Shown one piece after another: positions 40,451-53,495 of a stretch of DNA of 64,000 nucleotides; positions within the stretch are counted from its first letter, which is position 1, and each line of letters starts with the position of its first letter. Source of the DNA: Octopus sinensis (Eukaryota); assembly GCF_006345805.1 (NCBI RefSeq), contig NC_043000.1:105462001-105526000 (forward strand), in the 5' to 3' direction. A model generated the notes under the pieces. It saw nothing but the letters and a program-made list of their open reading frames with translations, ran no database searches and was not told the DNA's origin. A program made the translations under genes and the position numbers.

Positions 40451-42555
40451 CATAAGTTCTATACTGCAATGTTCTACCTTTTCTAAAATTTCAATTAACT
40501 GATTTTAATGGGTTGTGTCACTTGTTTATCTTTTTCCGATTTTTTTTCTCAAAACTCCCAGATGAATGTTGTGACTATAAATTCTATAGATGATATCCTC
40601 CGACAGATTTTCAACTTACTATACTATTTATGTGAGACTGTACACTACTTTTAAATAGTGATTTCTAATTTAGGCACAAAGTCAGAAATATTGAGGGAAG
40701 TGACCTCGGGTAAGCATTTCTTTATCTATCCAAATATCAAAAATTGGAAATATTACTACAAGGACGAAGGCCCGGAATTTAAATAAAATGGAAGTAGGAG
40801 ATTCGTGATAATGATAATGGTGGTGGTGGTGGTGGTGGTGGTGGTGGTGGTGGTGGTGGTGGCGACTACGATGATGGTGATGATGATCATCATCATCATC
40901 ATGATAACGATGATAATAATGATTTCTAACATCATAAAATACCGATTTTTAATTATAATTAAAGTAAGTACTGTAATAGATATTCCGATAAATATAACCA
41001 TAATGGTGTTTTCGTTTGGTGAAAAATTCTTAATTGTTGGCTCTTGACGTAAATACTATCTCTGACGTATGTAGAGATCGATATGTGTAGGCCAGTGTGG
41101 AGAATGTGAGATAATCTAATATTTCAGTAACGATGTTGTCGTCGTCGTCGTCGACGTTGTAGCTTAAACCCCTCGTCAATCCGTACCGAGCAGATCTATG
41201 GCCAAAAGCATGCCATCCTTGACCATCCTGTCTTTTTAGGAACATGTTAGACTCCATTGCACTCAACCAGATGAGTGATCTACTGCCAGATGAAGCCTCA
41301 GCATGCTGTTGCTGGCTTATATATATAGGAATTTCGTTATCTAGCATGTCTTTCCCTTATTTATTTAAAACAGTAGCGGAGTAATTTGAAGGAAATTTGG
41401 TTATTTCTATAGGCTACGTAGAGATAACCTCATTTTCATGGTGTATTTAGCGGTGATATGGGGTACATAATATCATATTATATATCTATGAAGGATTTCA
41501 TTATCTAACAGGAGCGGAGTAATTTGAAAGAGATTTGGATATTCTTTCTATACGTAGAGACGTCCTCATTTTCATGGTAGCATTTGATAGTGATATGGGG
41601 TAAATAACATTATATTGACTGTATTGAGGTGGTAGTTGTGGTAGAGGTACAAAGACGGCGGCGACGACGACGACGACGATGATGATGATGACAGGGAGTG
41701 ATTTCAGAGAGATTTGTCTGCTACGTATTTCAAGCAGGTCGGATGATCACAAAAACACTCTCATTTACTTCTGGAATTTGTTATGACTCTATACATTTGA
41801 GTTCAAATCCCGTCGAATTCTGCCATGATATTCATCATTCCAACGTCGACAAATCAAATAAATACAAGTCTTATCAAGCGAGTACTGGTTGTAATCGACA
41901 ATACTCTAGAAGGCAGAGTCCCAGAATGGCCACAGTCCTATTACTGGAATCAATAAAACGATGTTTGTTTTCCTTTTATCATTTGTGTGTAATCTTAGCT
42001 GTTTTACACCTATCCATTTTTTAAATGTCAATATACAAGGGACAGTTTTGATAACTAAGATAAAATCCACAACTCGTTATTTAACATGTTGTTGAATAAG
42101 TACATTTATCACAAGAAACGTGACTATATGTATTATTATAAAACAAACGCGGATAATGAATGGGAAAACTGCAAATATTGTAACGCATCTAAAAGTGAAG
42201 CGTTAATGCTCTGCACTAGCAGTATATGTTCCACAATTGATATATATGTATAAAATCAACTTGCTATCAGATTGAAAAACGTGACTAATACAAAGTATTT
42301 CACTTAAAGGTAGCTCCCAAGGTGACAATGACATAATCTTATCGCGTAACATGAACTCACACATACATACATACATACATACATACATACAGATACACAT
42401 ACATACGTACACACATACATACATACATACGTACATACATACATACATACATACATACATACATACATACATACATACATACATACGTACATACATACAT
42501 ACTTGCATGCATGCATGCATTCATACATACATACATACATACATACATACATACA

Positions 42556-42586
<31 letters not shown>

Positions 42587-42925
42587 GGAACATTAGAACG
42601 AATCATGTGACGCGAATATACTTACACACGCGAAGAGACACATGTACGTACACACGCACACAGTCAAACCGCGCACACACGCACGCACGAATACACACAC
42701 ACATACACACACACGCACAGAAACACACACACACACACAAAAAAAAAATGTACGTTGCGTATGTGTTTGTATAGGTAAAGTAAAACTAAGATGAAGAAGG
42801 AGACAAATAAACAATATATGAAGTTAGACAAGTAAATCACGCCGTGGAAAACACGTAGGAAAATAAAACAGGACAACAGCAATCAAGGAGTGAGTATAAT
42901 GAAAAAACTTAGCCAAATGAAAAGA

Positions 42926-43026
<101 letters not shown>

Positions 43027-43041
43027 GAACAAAAATAATAA

Positions 43042-43184
43042 TCCTTTCTAATTGCTGTTCAATGCCAGCAATTTTAAGCAAGAGGTTTACTCGATTACAT
43101 ATACCCTAGTATTTGACTGGTACTTAATTTATCGACCCCGATAGGATGGAAGGCAAAGTTGATGTAGACGGAATTTAAACTCAG
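43042..43184 (-). mobile_element. Family A SINE, head missing
   Basis: gactggtacttaatttatcgaccccgataggatggaaggcaaagttga..atttaaactcaga, then an abrupt switch to unrelated sequence. Confidence 0.8.
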
Positions 43185-43628
43185 ATCTCATATCAAGATA
43201 AACAGTGCATGACCGTGCAGATGGGACCCAGTTAGAAATTTCTTCAGGTCGAGTAGCCCATCCCGCTCAAAAGGTCCCTGAATAATGGTTGTTTAAGGAT
43301 GTTGGACAAAACACCCAAGTTTCCAGGGGTGTATTATTCAAACGCCAAAAAATTCCTCCCAACATGTGGCTATGATGCTCCCCCACTACTTCTGCTTGTG
43401 ATCAGAGATGCACATATCATCAGCCACCAAGAGATATGCTCGACTGGTTATGGTCAAACAAGTGACAAGCAAATCTGTGGTATTGAGCAGAATATTTGCT
43501 GTAGCTCACCTTTTATACGAAGACAAAACATGCACATGATAACACCTCCAATCAGTTAAGATCAGAAGCCATGGAAGCAAGTGCCTGATACTGCATTATT
43601 ATTGTTATTGTTGTTGTTATAATTATTG

Positions 43629-43833
43629 AGGTGACGAGCTGGCAGAATCGTTAACACGCCAGGCGAAATGCTTAGCAGTATTTTGCCCGTTGTTATGTTC
43701 TGAGTTCAAATCCCGCCGAGGTCGACTTTGCCTTTCATCATTTCGAGGTCGATAAATTAAGTACGAGTTGAGTACTGTGATCGACTGTCCATTTCCCCAC
43801 AAAATCCAGGCCTTGTGCCTATAATAGAAAGGA
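43629..43833 (+). mobile_element. Family A SINE, full length, ~50 nt from the exon 2 donor
   Basis: A-box tggcagaatcgtta, B-box gagttcaaatccc, core, end cttgtgcctataatagaaagg + (ATT). Confidence 0.9.
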
Positions 43834-43886
43834 TTATTATTGTTATCATTATTAATATTTTTTCGGTAATAATTCAAAATACAAAC

Positions 43887-44027
43887 CATTAATTTCTAGT
43901 TCATTCATAGCTTCCTCCAAATCTGATTCTGATGGATTCCATCCGATACAACGAAGAAATTCGCCAATGTCTAAAACCGACATCTTGTCTTTCCGACTTT
44001 TAAACAATTTGAAGGCTTCGTAGAGCT
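43887..44027 (-). CDS. Calmodulin-like protein, coding exon 2 (ELYEAFKLFKSRKDKMSVLDIGEFLRCIGWNPSESDLEEAMNELEING)
   Basis: Acceptor tctctttctattatcattgcag and donor G|GTTTGT. 141 nt open, phase 1-1. Aligns to CaM EFKEAFSLF...[24 protein letters not shown]. Not in the ORF track. Confidence 0.92.
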
Positions 44028-44991
44028 CTGCAATGATAATAGAAAGAGAGAATATATAGAAACATTACATGAGGTAATTAAGTAGTTCAAGTAGATAGTT
44101 TTAAAAATTGTCGGCATTCCAGCCGTGACCATCCTGTAATTTCGTCAGCCGTTGATTGCATTATACAATGTGTCTATATTTTTAAGGCAATAGGATGAAA
44201 TTTGAGGGAGGTTTGGTTGCTATTTCTAGCATGTTAAACGGCATGTTAAACACACACACACACACACACATAATGATGGTTTGTTTCCTTTTCTCCTTCA
44301 TATTTATCTGTACACAAATCCGTCGTATGAAATTACATTGACAGTATGATCAAATTTAAAGCGAAATCAATAAAGACAGACCGACAGGCAGACAGACAGA
44401 TTTGCATTAAAAATGCATGAAGCGAAAATTTGTTTCTAAACGAATGCATGAAAGGTGAGAACGCGTCATGTAAGACTTCCATTTTTACCAAATATCATGA
44501 TTCTAGGAACGGAGGTGGGGACGAAGAGAGGCGGTTTGCCACATTGTCTAAGAAGCAATTTGGTAATGACAAATTAATTAAGAATGACTGGTTTCTTTCT
44601 CATAACAATTACCAGACGCAGAGAAATCGGAGCTAACATAATTTATGAGATGAACCAGAAAAAGTTAATTACTTAAAATTATACCCGTAGTAAAGGGAAC
44701 AAAATCACTTTCTTAATGTTTAATTCTGGTCAAAGGCAGATGAGAAAACTCCATAATATAAATATAAATTAAAATGCAGTGGGAATGTGTCTGATCTTTC
44801 GTAATACGATGACAATTCCTGACACATTTCAGTCGTATTAGAGCTCATCAGAGTAACAGAATCTTACTGTTACTGCGTGGACTAAGCCAACAGAAATGCC
44901 CTATGTTGAGGTTTAGAGCAGACTTTGTTGTTGGGATGAGTACTTGTGTATTACCCTATAGCTTTGTGGACTTCATTTTTGAAGCCCCGGT

Positions 44992-45075
44992 TAACCTATA
45001 CACAAGCACTCATAACCTATACACAAGCACTCATAACCTATACACAAGCACTCATAACCTATACACAAGCACTCA
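44992..45075. repeat. 21-bp tandem repeat (TAACCTATACACAAGCACTCA) x4
   Basis: Four exact copies. Confidence 0.92.
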
Positions 45076-45542
45076 ACCATGATTGCATTACATCTTATAG
45101 CAGAAACAGCCGTAAGCTAATGAAATACATTACATAATTTCTTGTTCTTTTGTCATTTATTTAATTTCTTACAACTCTCTGTACTCGACTAATGCTTTTT
45201 TTAATGAAGCATATATGTATATTGAGTCCTAACACCAAGTTATTAATATCGCTATATATATATATATGCTGGAAGCGGCGGTGGTGTGAGAGTATGTATA
45301 TGAGCATGTCTGTGAAAGACAGAGAGAAACTGACAGACAGACACTAACTTACATCTCATGCAGAGCTTTTGTACAGAGTAGACACTTCACTGTACAAGAC
45401 AGAGTGGGGGTACTAAATGTGGTGGGTTGGTGTGAAATATATTGTCCTGATGTCGAGTTAATCGATAGTGACTCGATTATGACACTGTTGCTAATAACGA
45501 CAATGTCTTGGAATGAGGTAATTAGGTTTTAACAATAATAAC

Positions 45543-45943
45543 AATGGTTTCAAATTTTGGCAGAAGGCCAGCAATTTCGTGGAAGAGGATAAGTCTGTTA
45601 CATCCGAAAGGATGAAAGGCAAAGCCAACCTTGGCGGAATTTGAGCTCAGAACGTAAAGACGGGCGAAATGCCTCTAAGCATTTTCCCGGTGGGCTAACG
45701 TTTCTGCCAGCTCGATAATAAAAATAATAGTTCTTTCTATTATAGACACAGGGCCTGAAATTTCGTGGGAAGGCACTGGTCGATTACATCGACCGCGGTG
45801 CTTCACTGGTACTTGCTTTATAAAATCTGAAAGGACGAAAGGCAAAGTCGACATCAGCAGAACTTGAACTCAAAACGTAAAGACGGACGAAATGCCGCTA
45901 TGCATTTTGCCAGTCATGTTAACGATTCTGCCAACTCGCCACC
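45543..45943 (-). mobile_element. Two tandem family A SINEs (45543-45714, 45733-45943)
   Basis: gaaaggatgaaaggcaaag..aactcagaacgtaaagacgg.cgaaatgcc..ttctgcca.ctcg occurs twice. Confidence 0.88.
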
Positions 45944-45945
45944 TT

Positions 45946-46245
<300 letters not shown>

Positions 46246-46656
46246 CTTTGACACTTTATATAATTACAAGAACAAAGTACAAATACGGAACAATGAACAA
46301 TGGCGGAATTTATACATGAAGCAATAACAATAAAGAGACATTGATAAAAAGAAGACACTATATGGTAATGGCAATATGTTAATTATTTCTATCCAGTATT
46401 GCTTCAGTAGCAACTAATGAGGAGAGTTAGAAAAATAAATTACAAAAACATCTACAACAAATAATTATGATCAGCTCAAACGGATGAACATCCTAACCTT
46501 TTGTTGACCGATAATGTACCGTATATATACAAATATACATATGTGTGGGGGTAGGTGAGTGGGTGTGCACGTGCGAGTGTGTGTGTACATATATACATAT
46601 ATAAAGATATACATATATGTATGCGTGTTTGTGCATATAGCATGTGTGTGTGTGTC

Positions 46657-46905
46657 ATGGCGCATGGCCTGAACGTGGGCATGAACGCAAGACATGAACG
46701 TGGTTTCGATTCTCCGACCAGCAGTGAGTTGTGTTCTCGAGCAAAACACTTTATTTTACCGCGCTCCTTGCCACTCAGCTGTACGGGAATAGCCCTGCGA
46801 TGGACTGTCGCCTAGCCAGGGGGATGGCATCCCTCGAAAGTTACAACAATGCAAGGAAGTGCATTGTGACTAGCGGTGTATAACAGCATCCACTAGTCTG
46901 ACCGA
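46657..46905 (+). mobile_element. tRNA-derived SINE, a further family with CORE-like and V-like segments
   Basis: B-box-like gtttcgattct, gtgttctcgagcaaaacacttt (CORE-like), ccctgcgatggactg..ccagggg (V-domain-like). Domain names assigned from memory of consensus sequences. Confidence 0.55.
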
Positions 46906-47963
46906 TACAATAATATAGTGATGTGTGTGTGCGTGTGTGTGTGTGTGTGTATGTGCGTGTGTGTGCGTGCGTTTATTGCAAGATCTATTTTAATATTTAG
47001 ACCCTTCATAACAGAGGCCTCTATGATGTTAATTCATTTCCATTTGTTCACAAAAATTTAAATTTATTTTGAACTGCCCCACTTGTCCTGTTATACTTCG
47101 TTATTTTTGCAAAAGCATACATATTACTTTTATAAGCTTATAAGTTTAAATACGTATGGTGCTAAAAATCTTACTCCACTGATGATTGTTTACGTAGCTT
47201 ATGAAACTTTATAAGATCTCAAAGTCTGGCGTCGTATTCGATATCTTAATATCCGTGCATATGGATTATGTTATTTCCTGTTCATTTGCACAAGTTTACC
47301 TGTACATATAGTAGATTTAAATACATGCATATATATACACATACATATACAATACGCACACACATACATAAAATTTACTACAGCTGTTTCGGTAGAATTT
47401 TATTGATGCCTTCAATTCACTATCCTCAGATTAAATTTTGAACATGTATAGATATGCAAGGTAATATATTGATGATGATCTGTTCAACAACCAGCATCAT
47501 AAATTAGTGGCACCTAACCAGTCCTGGCATCCTACTTACTTAGAGTCTAATGTGATTGAAGAGCACTGCTAACACAGTAGTACAGGGATATTGATTTATA
47601 AACGTTTAACATACTTTGTAGCATATCACGGTTGCATAACGAAAGGCCATGTCCCTATAAGTCATTAATATATATATATAATATATATATATATATATTA
47701 TATATATATATATATAATATATATATATATATTCATATACATATATGCATACATACATGCATACATACATACTGAGAGTCTCATCTTGCAGCGGCTCTAC
47801 AATGAATGAATGGAATACATACGTGCTTTTGTATGAGTGCGGGCAAGTGTATGCATGCGTATATATTTCATGTATATATGTACATGTTTGTGTGGGGGGG
47901 TATGTATGTCTTTTGGTAAGTGCCTGTGCCTCTGTGTGTGTATGTGCATGTGATTAAGAGTGC

Positions 47964-48006
<43 letters not shown>

Positions 48007-48276
48007 AGTGTATTTGTGCATGTATATGTGCGTTCTTATAATTTAGTTATAGAACAACCCTGATCGAGTAGTTTAACCAAAGACGTTCCAGTCATGATCA
48101 TCCCGTCTTTTTGTATATGTGGGACTCTATTCTACAACGTCTTCTTTTTCTAAAGAGGGCATGCTGTAGTTTCAGCTTTATAAGGCTGTGCCTACATCTA
48201 TCTACAGAGACTATAACACCTAGTTCTCACAATAGACGCACGTCTTACTGACATACCAACGAAGGATTCTTTTCAT

Positions 48277-48645
48277 TAGAAGTTCTCAACCATGGTGCAT
48301 AGGATTTTTTGGAGTTCATGCAAGAAAATAGTAAGTTGAGGATCCACAACAGTATTTTAAGGGTCCTTGAAAGAATTTTGCTTTATATGTGTTTTTTGCA
48401 AGAAACAATTAGGTTTCTCACTCTAGCGTTTTACATAGTTCAACGTGTTTCCAGCCATTGAAACGCGTTCTGTCATAGAGTCCAATTGTAAACCTATACA
48501 AGTAAAAGTGTGAAAAACAAAATGGGAATTTTGAAAGAAGTATTTATAAAACTTGTCTTTAAACATTGAATAGCTATGGGGGTCCACTACAATAAAATAG
48601 TAATCAAGAGTATCCATAGGTAAAAAAAATAGTAGAGAACCACTG
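48277..48645. mobile_element. hAT/Charlie-type MITE
   Basis: Termini ..gttctcaacc and gagaaccactg (CAGTGGTTCTC-type TIR), with internal ggggtccac repeats. Confidence 0.6.
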
Positions 48646-48811
48646 CTCTATACAGTCGTTCGATATGCTGTGGATGGGAAGCATGTTAGATAATGGAGAA
48701 CTGGATTCCCCCAGCATAGGGGAAAAAGGATTGGTGACTGGAAGTGTTTCGATCATAAGTCTGTTCAATCAGAACTGACCTGGAGTTAAGCAACCACAAC
48801 AGCAATAATAA

Positions 48812-49024
48812 CTTTTCTATTATAGGCACAAGGTCTGGAATTTGGGAGGAGGGGGTTAGTCGATTACATCGACCCCAGTGTTTGACTGGTACTTATTTTA
48901 TCAGCGCCGAAAGGATGAAAGGCAAAGTCAATCACAGCGGAATTTGAACTCAGGACGTAAGGACGGACGAAATGCCGCTAAGCATTCCGTCCGATGTGCT
49001 AACGATTCTGCCAGCACGCCGCCT
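48812..49024 (-). mobile_element. Family A SINE, full length
   Basis: Complete reverse-complement copy ending ctgccagcacgccgcc. Confidence 0.9.
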
Positions 49025-49769
49025 TAACAACAATGATAACAACACCAACATGTCTCAATGACAATACTAGACTTCGGGCACTCCCTTCACACTCACACTC
49101 ACGTATGTGCACGTATTACAAGAACTATGTGCATATGTGCGTACCTTTATGTATTAGTGAATATGTACAGTCCTATATGTATGTGTGTGTGGTTGTATAT
49201 GAGCGTGATTGAATGTATATGTCAGCTTTTAAGTGTGTGGGTGTGTTTGCATGTGTGCATATTTGTATCTCTCTATATATGTAATTGTACATGCGCGGTC
49301 CTGTATCTGTGTGTATGATTACAAATGTGTATGTGCGTGTATGACTGTATCTGCATATTTCAATATGTGTGTATCCCTCTGTATGTTGTTGTTTGTTGCT
49401 GCCGTTGTTTTACTTGGCCCTGCATCAACCCTCATTCGGCAGACATATGACCAAAGTATTCCATCTGTGACGATCCCGACTTACATATTTAAAATTTACA
49501 TTGCGCCATGTGTCCTTCCTGTTTTAAGAGTGTAGGATGTGATTTGAGGGAAAATTAGTGGTTATTAATGTAAGCCAAACAGACATGTGAACAAAAGCGT
49601 TCCAGCAGTGACCATCTCATCTTTTATTCAAGCAAAGTATTTAGCACTAAATATCTAATAAGTAATTTCGCTTTTTTTTATAGCAGAGTAAGCTTTAAAG
49701 GCAATTTGACTACCATTTCTAGCATGTCAGGTGACATAAACTGGTAGATAGACTGATAGATAGATAGAC

Positions 49770-49823
<54 letters not shown>

Positions 49824-50475
49824 ACATGTACATATATATGCATAATTATATATATATTTGTGATTTGTATGTATGTATGCATGCATGCATACATGCAAGT
49901 ATGCATATGCATATATACATGTATGAACTTCTAGGTCGGTGTCCGATGCGCTATCAGGCCACTAAGTCTAATTTTTAAAATATGTATCTAGGAGATTACT
50001 GTTTTACAGCATGTTAACATTGCTGAAGCAGACACTACGCTCTGGTTCTGGCAATGATCGTCATTACAGTATTGTGGTATTGTGCAGGCTATAGTTGACT
50101 TATGTTTAAAAAAATTTGGCCGACAATTATTTTCTAATCCTCCCTTATAATCATAGTCGTCCAACAAGTACACATGCTCTAATATATATGTATGCATGTA
50201 TGTATAGATGGATGATCGGATGGATGGGTGGATGGATAGCTGGACGGATGGATGGGTGGATAGATGCATGCATGCATGTATGTATGTGTGCATGTATCTA
50301 TATATCTATGCATATATGAATACATATATGTGTATGTGCATGCATGCGTATGTGTATACATATATGTGTATGCATTTATGTACATGTCTGTAGATATATC
50401 TATGGGCCTGCATTATTACTTAAATGTCTGTGTGTGCGCTTGTGCACTCGAGTTTGTGCATGCGCGTGCGTGTGT

Positions 50476-50508
<33 letters not shown>

Positions 50509-50644
50509 GTGTGTGTGTGTGTGTGTGTGCGTGTGTATGTAACTATATATGTATGTATGTACATGTGTGTATATGTGTATGCATATACGTACATGCCTTT
50601 TAGATACATTTGCACATTTGTATATCAATATGTGTGTTTCTGTA

Positions 50645-50770
50645 TCCTGCGGAGGTCGACTTTGCCATTCATGCTTTCGGGATCGATAAAATAAGTTCCA
50701 GTTGAGCACTGGGATTGATGTAATCGACTTACCCCCTCCTCTGAAGTTGCTGGCCTTGTGTCAAAATTTA
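50645..50770 (+). mobile_element. Family A SINE, 3' half
   Basis: ggaggtcgactttgccattcatgctttcgggatcgataaaataagttccag..ggccttgtgtcaaaattt. Confidence 0.8.
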
Positions 50771-51505
50771 ACACCAGTATATGCGTTTGTGTGTGTATGT
50801 GTACGTGTCAGAATCTGTACGTTCTTGTGTGTGAGAAAGCGGTTTTGTGTATCTGAGTGTGTATGTGTGTGTGTTTGTGTGAGTGAGTGTGTATGTGTGT
50901 GTGTTTGTGTGAGTGAGTGTGTATGTGTGTGTGTTTGTGTGAGTGAGTGTGTATGTGTGCGTGTGTCTCTGTGTGTGAGTATGCGCGGGCGTACACGCGT
51001 CCATACACAAAGAAATTAACATGAGGAAAGCACAGACTATTTACTCTTGCTAGACACAAATTTAACTGGCAATGCTGCCAACAAATTAATAACCAATAAC
51101 ACATTCGCTACTATCTTAAAAAGTAAAGTTATGTTTGATAAATGTATTTGATAATGTAGTCCTAAAACCACTATGTCTGAATATATGACGAGTTGGTCAT
51201 GGCTAGAACACTTTCGATCAATCGTCAGATCTCTTAGTCAGGACAAACCTAAAGCTAAGAATCATAAACAACATGTAAGAAGATTCCATGAGGTCCCGTG
51301 TTAGAAATAACAACCAAAAAAACTCAAATCACACTCCCGGTGTTTTAGCAAAAACAGTACTTTGAATAATGTCCCCATCGTACTTCTCTTTCCCTGCTCA
51401 TGGGAAAAAGACAGAATAGTCACGGTTGGGATTCCTTTCTGCTTGGTGAAGGCTCGACAGCAGCTAAGCAACAGCAACAACCCTCAAAAACATTCTTTTA
51501 AAGAC

Positions 51506-51577
<72 letters not shown>

Positions 51578-51579
<2 letters not shown>

Positions 51580-51742
51580 ATTTGGTACAAGGCCAGCAGT
51601 ATTGATGGAGGGGTTTAGTAGACATCATCGATCTCAGTGTTTTGCTGGTTACCTTACATTATCGATCTCGGAAAGGTGAAAGACACGGTTAACATGGGCG
51701 GAATTTGAATTCAGAGCGAAAAGAGCCGGAACAAATATCCAA
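51578..51742 (-). mobile_element. Family A SINE, degenerate, between (TAG)n and (GATA)n tracts
   Basis: tggtacaaggccagca..atcgatctcggaaaggtgaaag..ggaatttgaattcaga. Confidence 0.7.
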
Positions 51743-51744
51743 AG

Positions 51745-51863
<119 letters not shown>

Positions 51864-52773
51864 GGACTGACGGACGGACAGACTGACAGACAGACATCTA
51901 TCACAAACATGCATACATACATACATACATACATTATACATACATACATACATACATACATACATACATACATACATCATACATACATACATTATACTAC
52001 TACTGTTATTACTATTATTATTGCATCTACCACAAAAAATTCGTATAAGAAATATATCAAACAGCGAAATAGAATATTAAATACCATATGAAGAAATTAT
52101 GGACTATTCACCCAAGAGTATATGTGTGTGTACATGCAAAGAAGCCTGCAGATGTTGCAAGTATTATATATAATATATAATACTTGCAACATCTGCAGGC
52201 TTCTTTTGTGGGTAGTAAAGAAATATATATATATATATATATATATATGCATACATACAATCATACGTATGTGTTAGTGCGCGCTTATATATACATAGAT
52301 ACATGCATGCATACATACATACATACATACATACATACATACATACATACATACATACATACATACATACATACATAATGCATAACACGCATATGTAAAG
52401 ACTGTATATCTCATATATTCAGTCACACAGGTTCGCGCACACATCTACGAGCTTTTTGTCTTTTTTTTTTTTTTGCTTGGTTCTTTTTGTTACGTTTTGA
52501 TACGATACTGATATACTCTGATACGGCACCTTTCGTGATCAGTCCTATAGACTTCAGAGAGATTGAGAAATGACTTGGTACTAGCTGTTTTACCCAATGG
52601 GTAATTATTTAACTCATGCGACACGAAGACAGATACTATTTAAAGATAGCCATACCGACTTATTGTTAAGTCTTGATGCAATTTTGATTTTGCATCGATT
52701 AAAATTGCACAGACTTTAACAATATGCTTGTATGAAACAGAACGACAAATTAAATGACAAGGTTAACACTTAC

Positions 52774-52849
52774 CCTCTTTTTGTTCCTGACTCAATTCAG
52801 GTTCGTCGCTTTGCATTTCTCCAAATCCAAACATGCGTTTCAAACCCAT
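52774..52849 (-). CDS. Calmodulin-like EF-hand protein, coding exon 1 (MGLKRMFGFGEMQSDEPELSQEQKE + G)
   Basis: ATG in strong context (acgATGG). LSQEQKE-E matches calmodulin LTEEQIA-E. Ends G|GTAAGT (phase 1). An upstream in-frame ATG exists at 52981. Confidence 0.85.
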
Positions 52850-53462
52850 CGTTGGTGTTACTTGATGTAACTGTAGACTCTGCTCGTCTTCTTGCAGCTG
52901 TTCTTCTTCTTGCTGTTGCGGCTGTTGCTGCTGCAGCGTCACGAGAAGGTAATTTCCTGCACAACACAAAGCCCTGCACATTGAACTAAGCTTTAACAGT
53001 ATGCTGGAGATACCGAAATATCCCAATGACAATGTCAGCAACGACAGCAACGTCAGCGGCGGAGAGTAAGCAGCGTAAGAAGCAGTGACAGCCCCGACAG
53101 CTTCTAAATACAATGAATGTAGCTGTGGAAGCTGTGTGTATCAGTAACGATGACAGTGAAGCGACTGGTTGAATGGCAACGAGGTAGTGGTGAAATAGTT
53201 ATAGTAATAGTGAAAACGAAAGTGAAAGTAAGGCTGAATAGGAAAGCAAACGAAATGGGTGGAGCTAATATTAGTTTCAGGCAACAATATTTTCCGCCTA
53301 CTTTTACCCAGCTCATTCAAGACACTCCAAATTTGGAGTGAATATGAGTACAGGTGTGAGTATAGCGAAACACTCGTTAATAAGGGGGTTACATTTGGGA
53401 AATGGAATCGTAACTTGGAAATATTTCGGTTGTTTATAATTTTATGCTTGTATTTGTTTGCT

Positions 53463-53495
<33 letters not shown>

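Noticed and set aside
44992-45075. CRISPR-like look of the 21-bp repeats
   Set aside because: Direct tandem copies without spacers, in a eukaryotic context with no cas genes.
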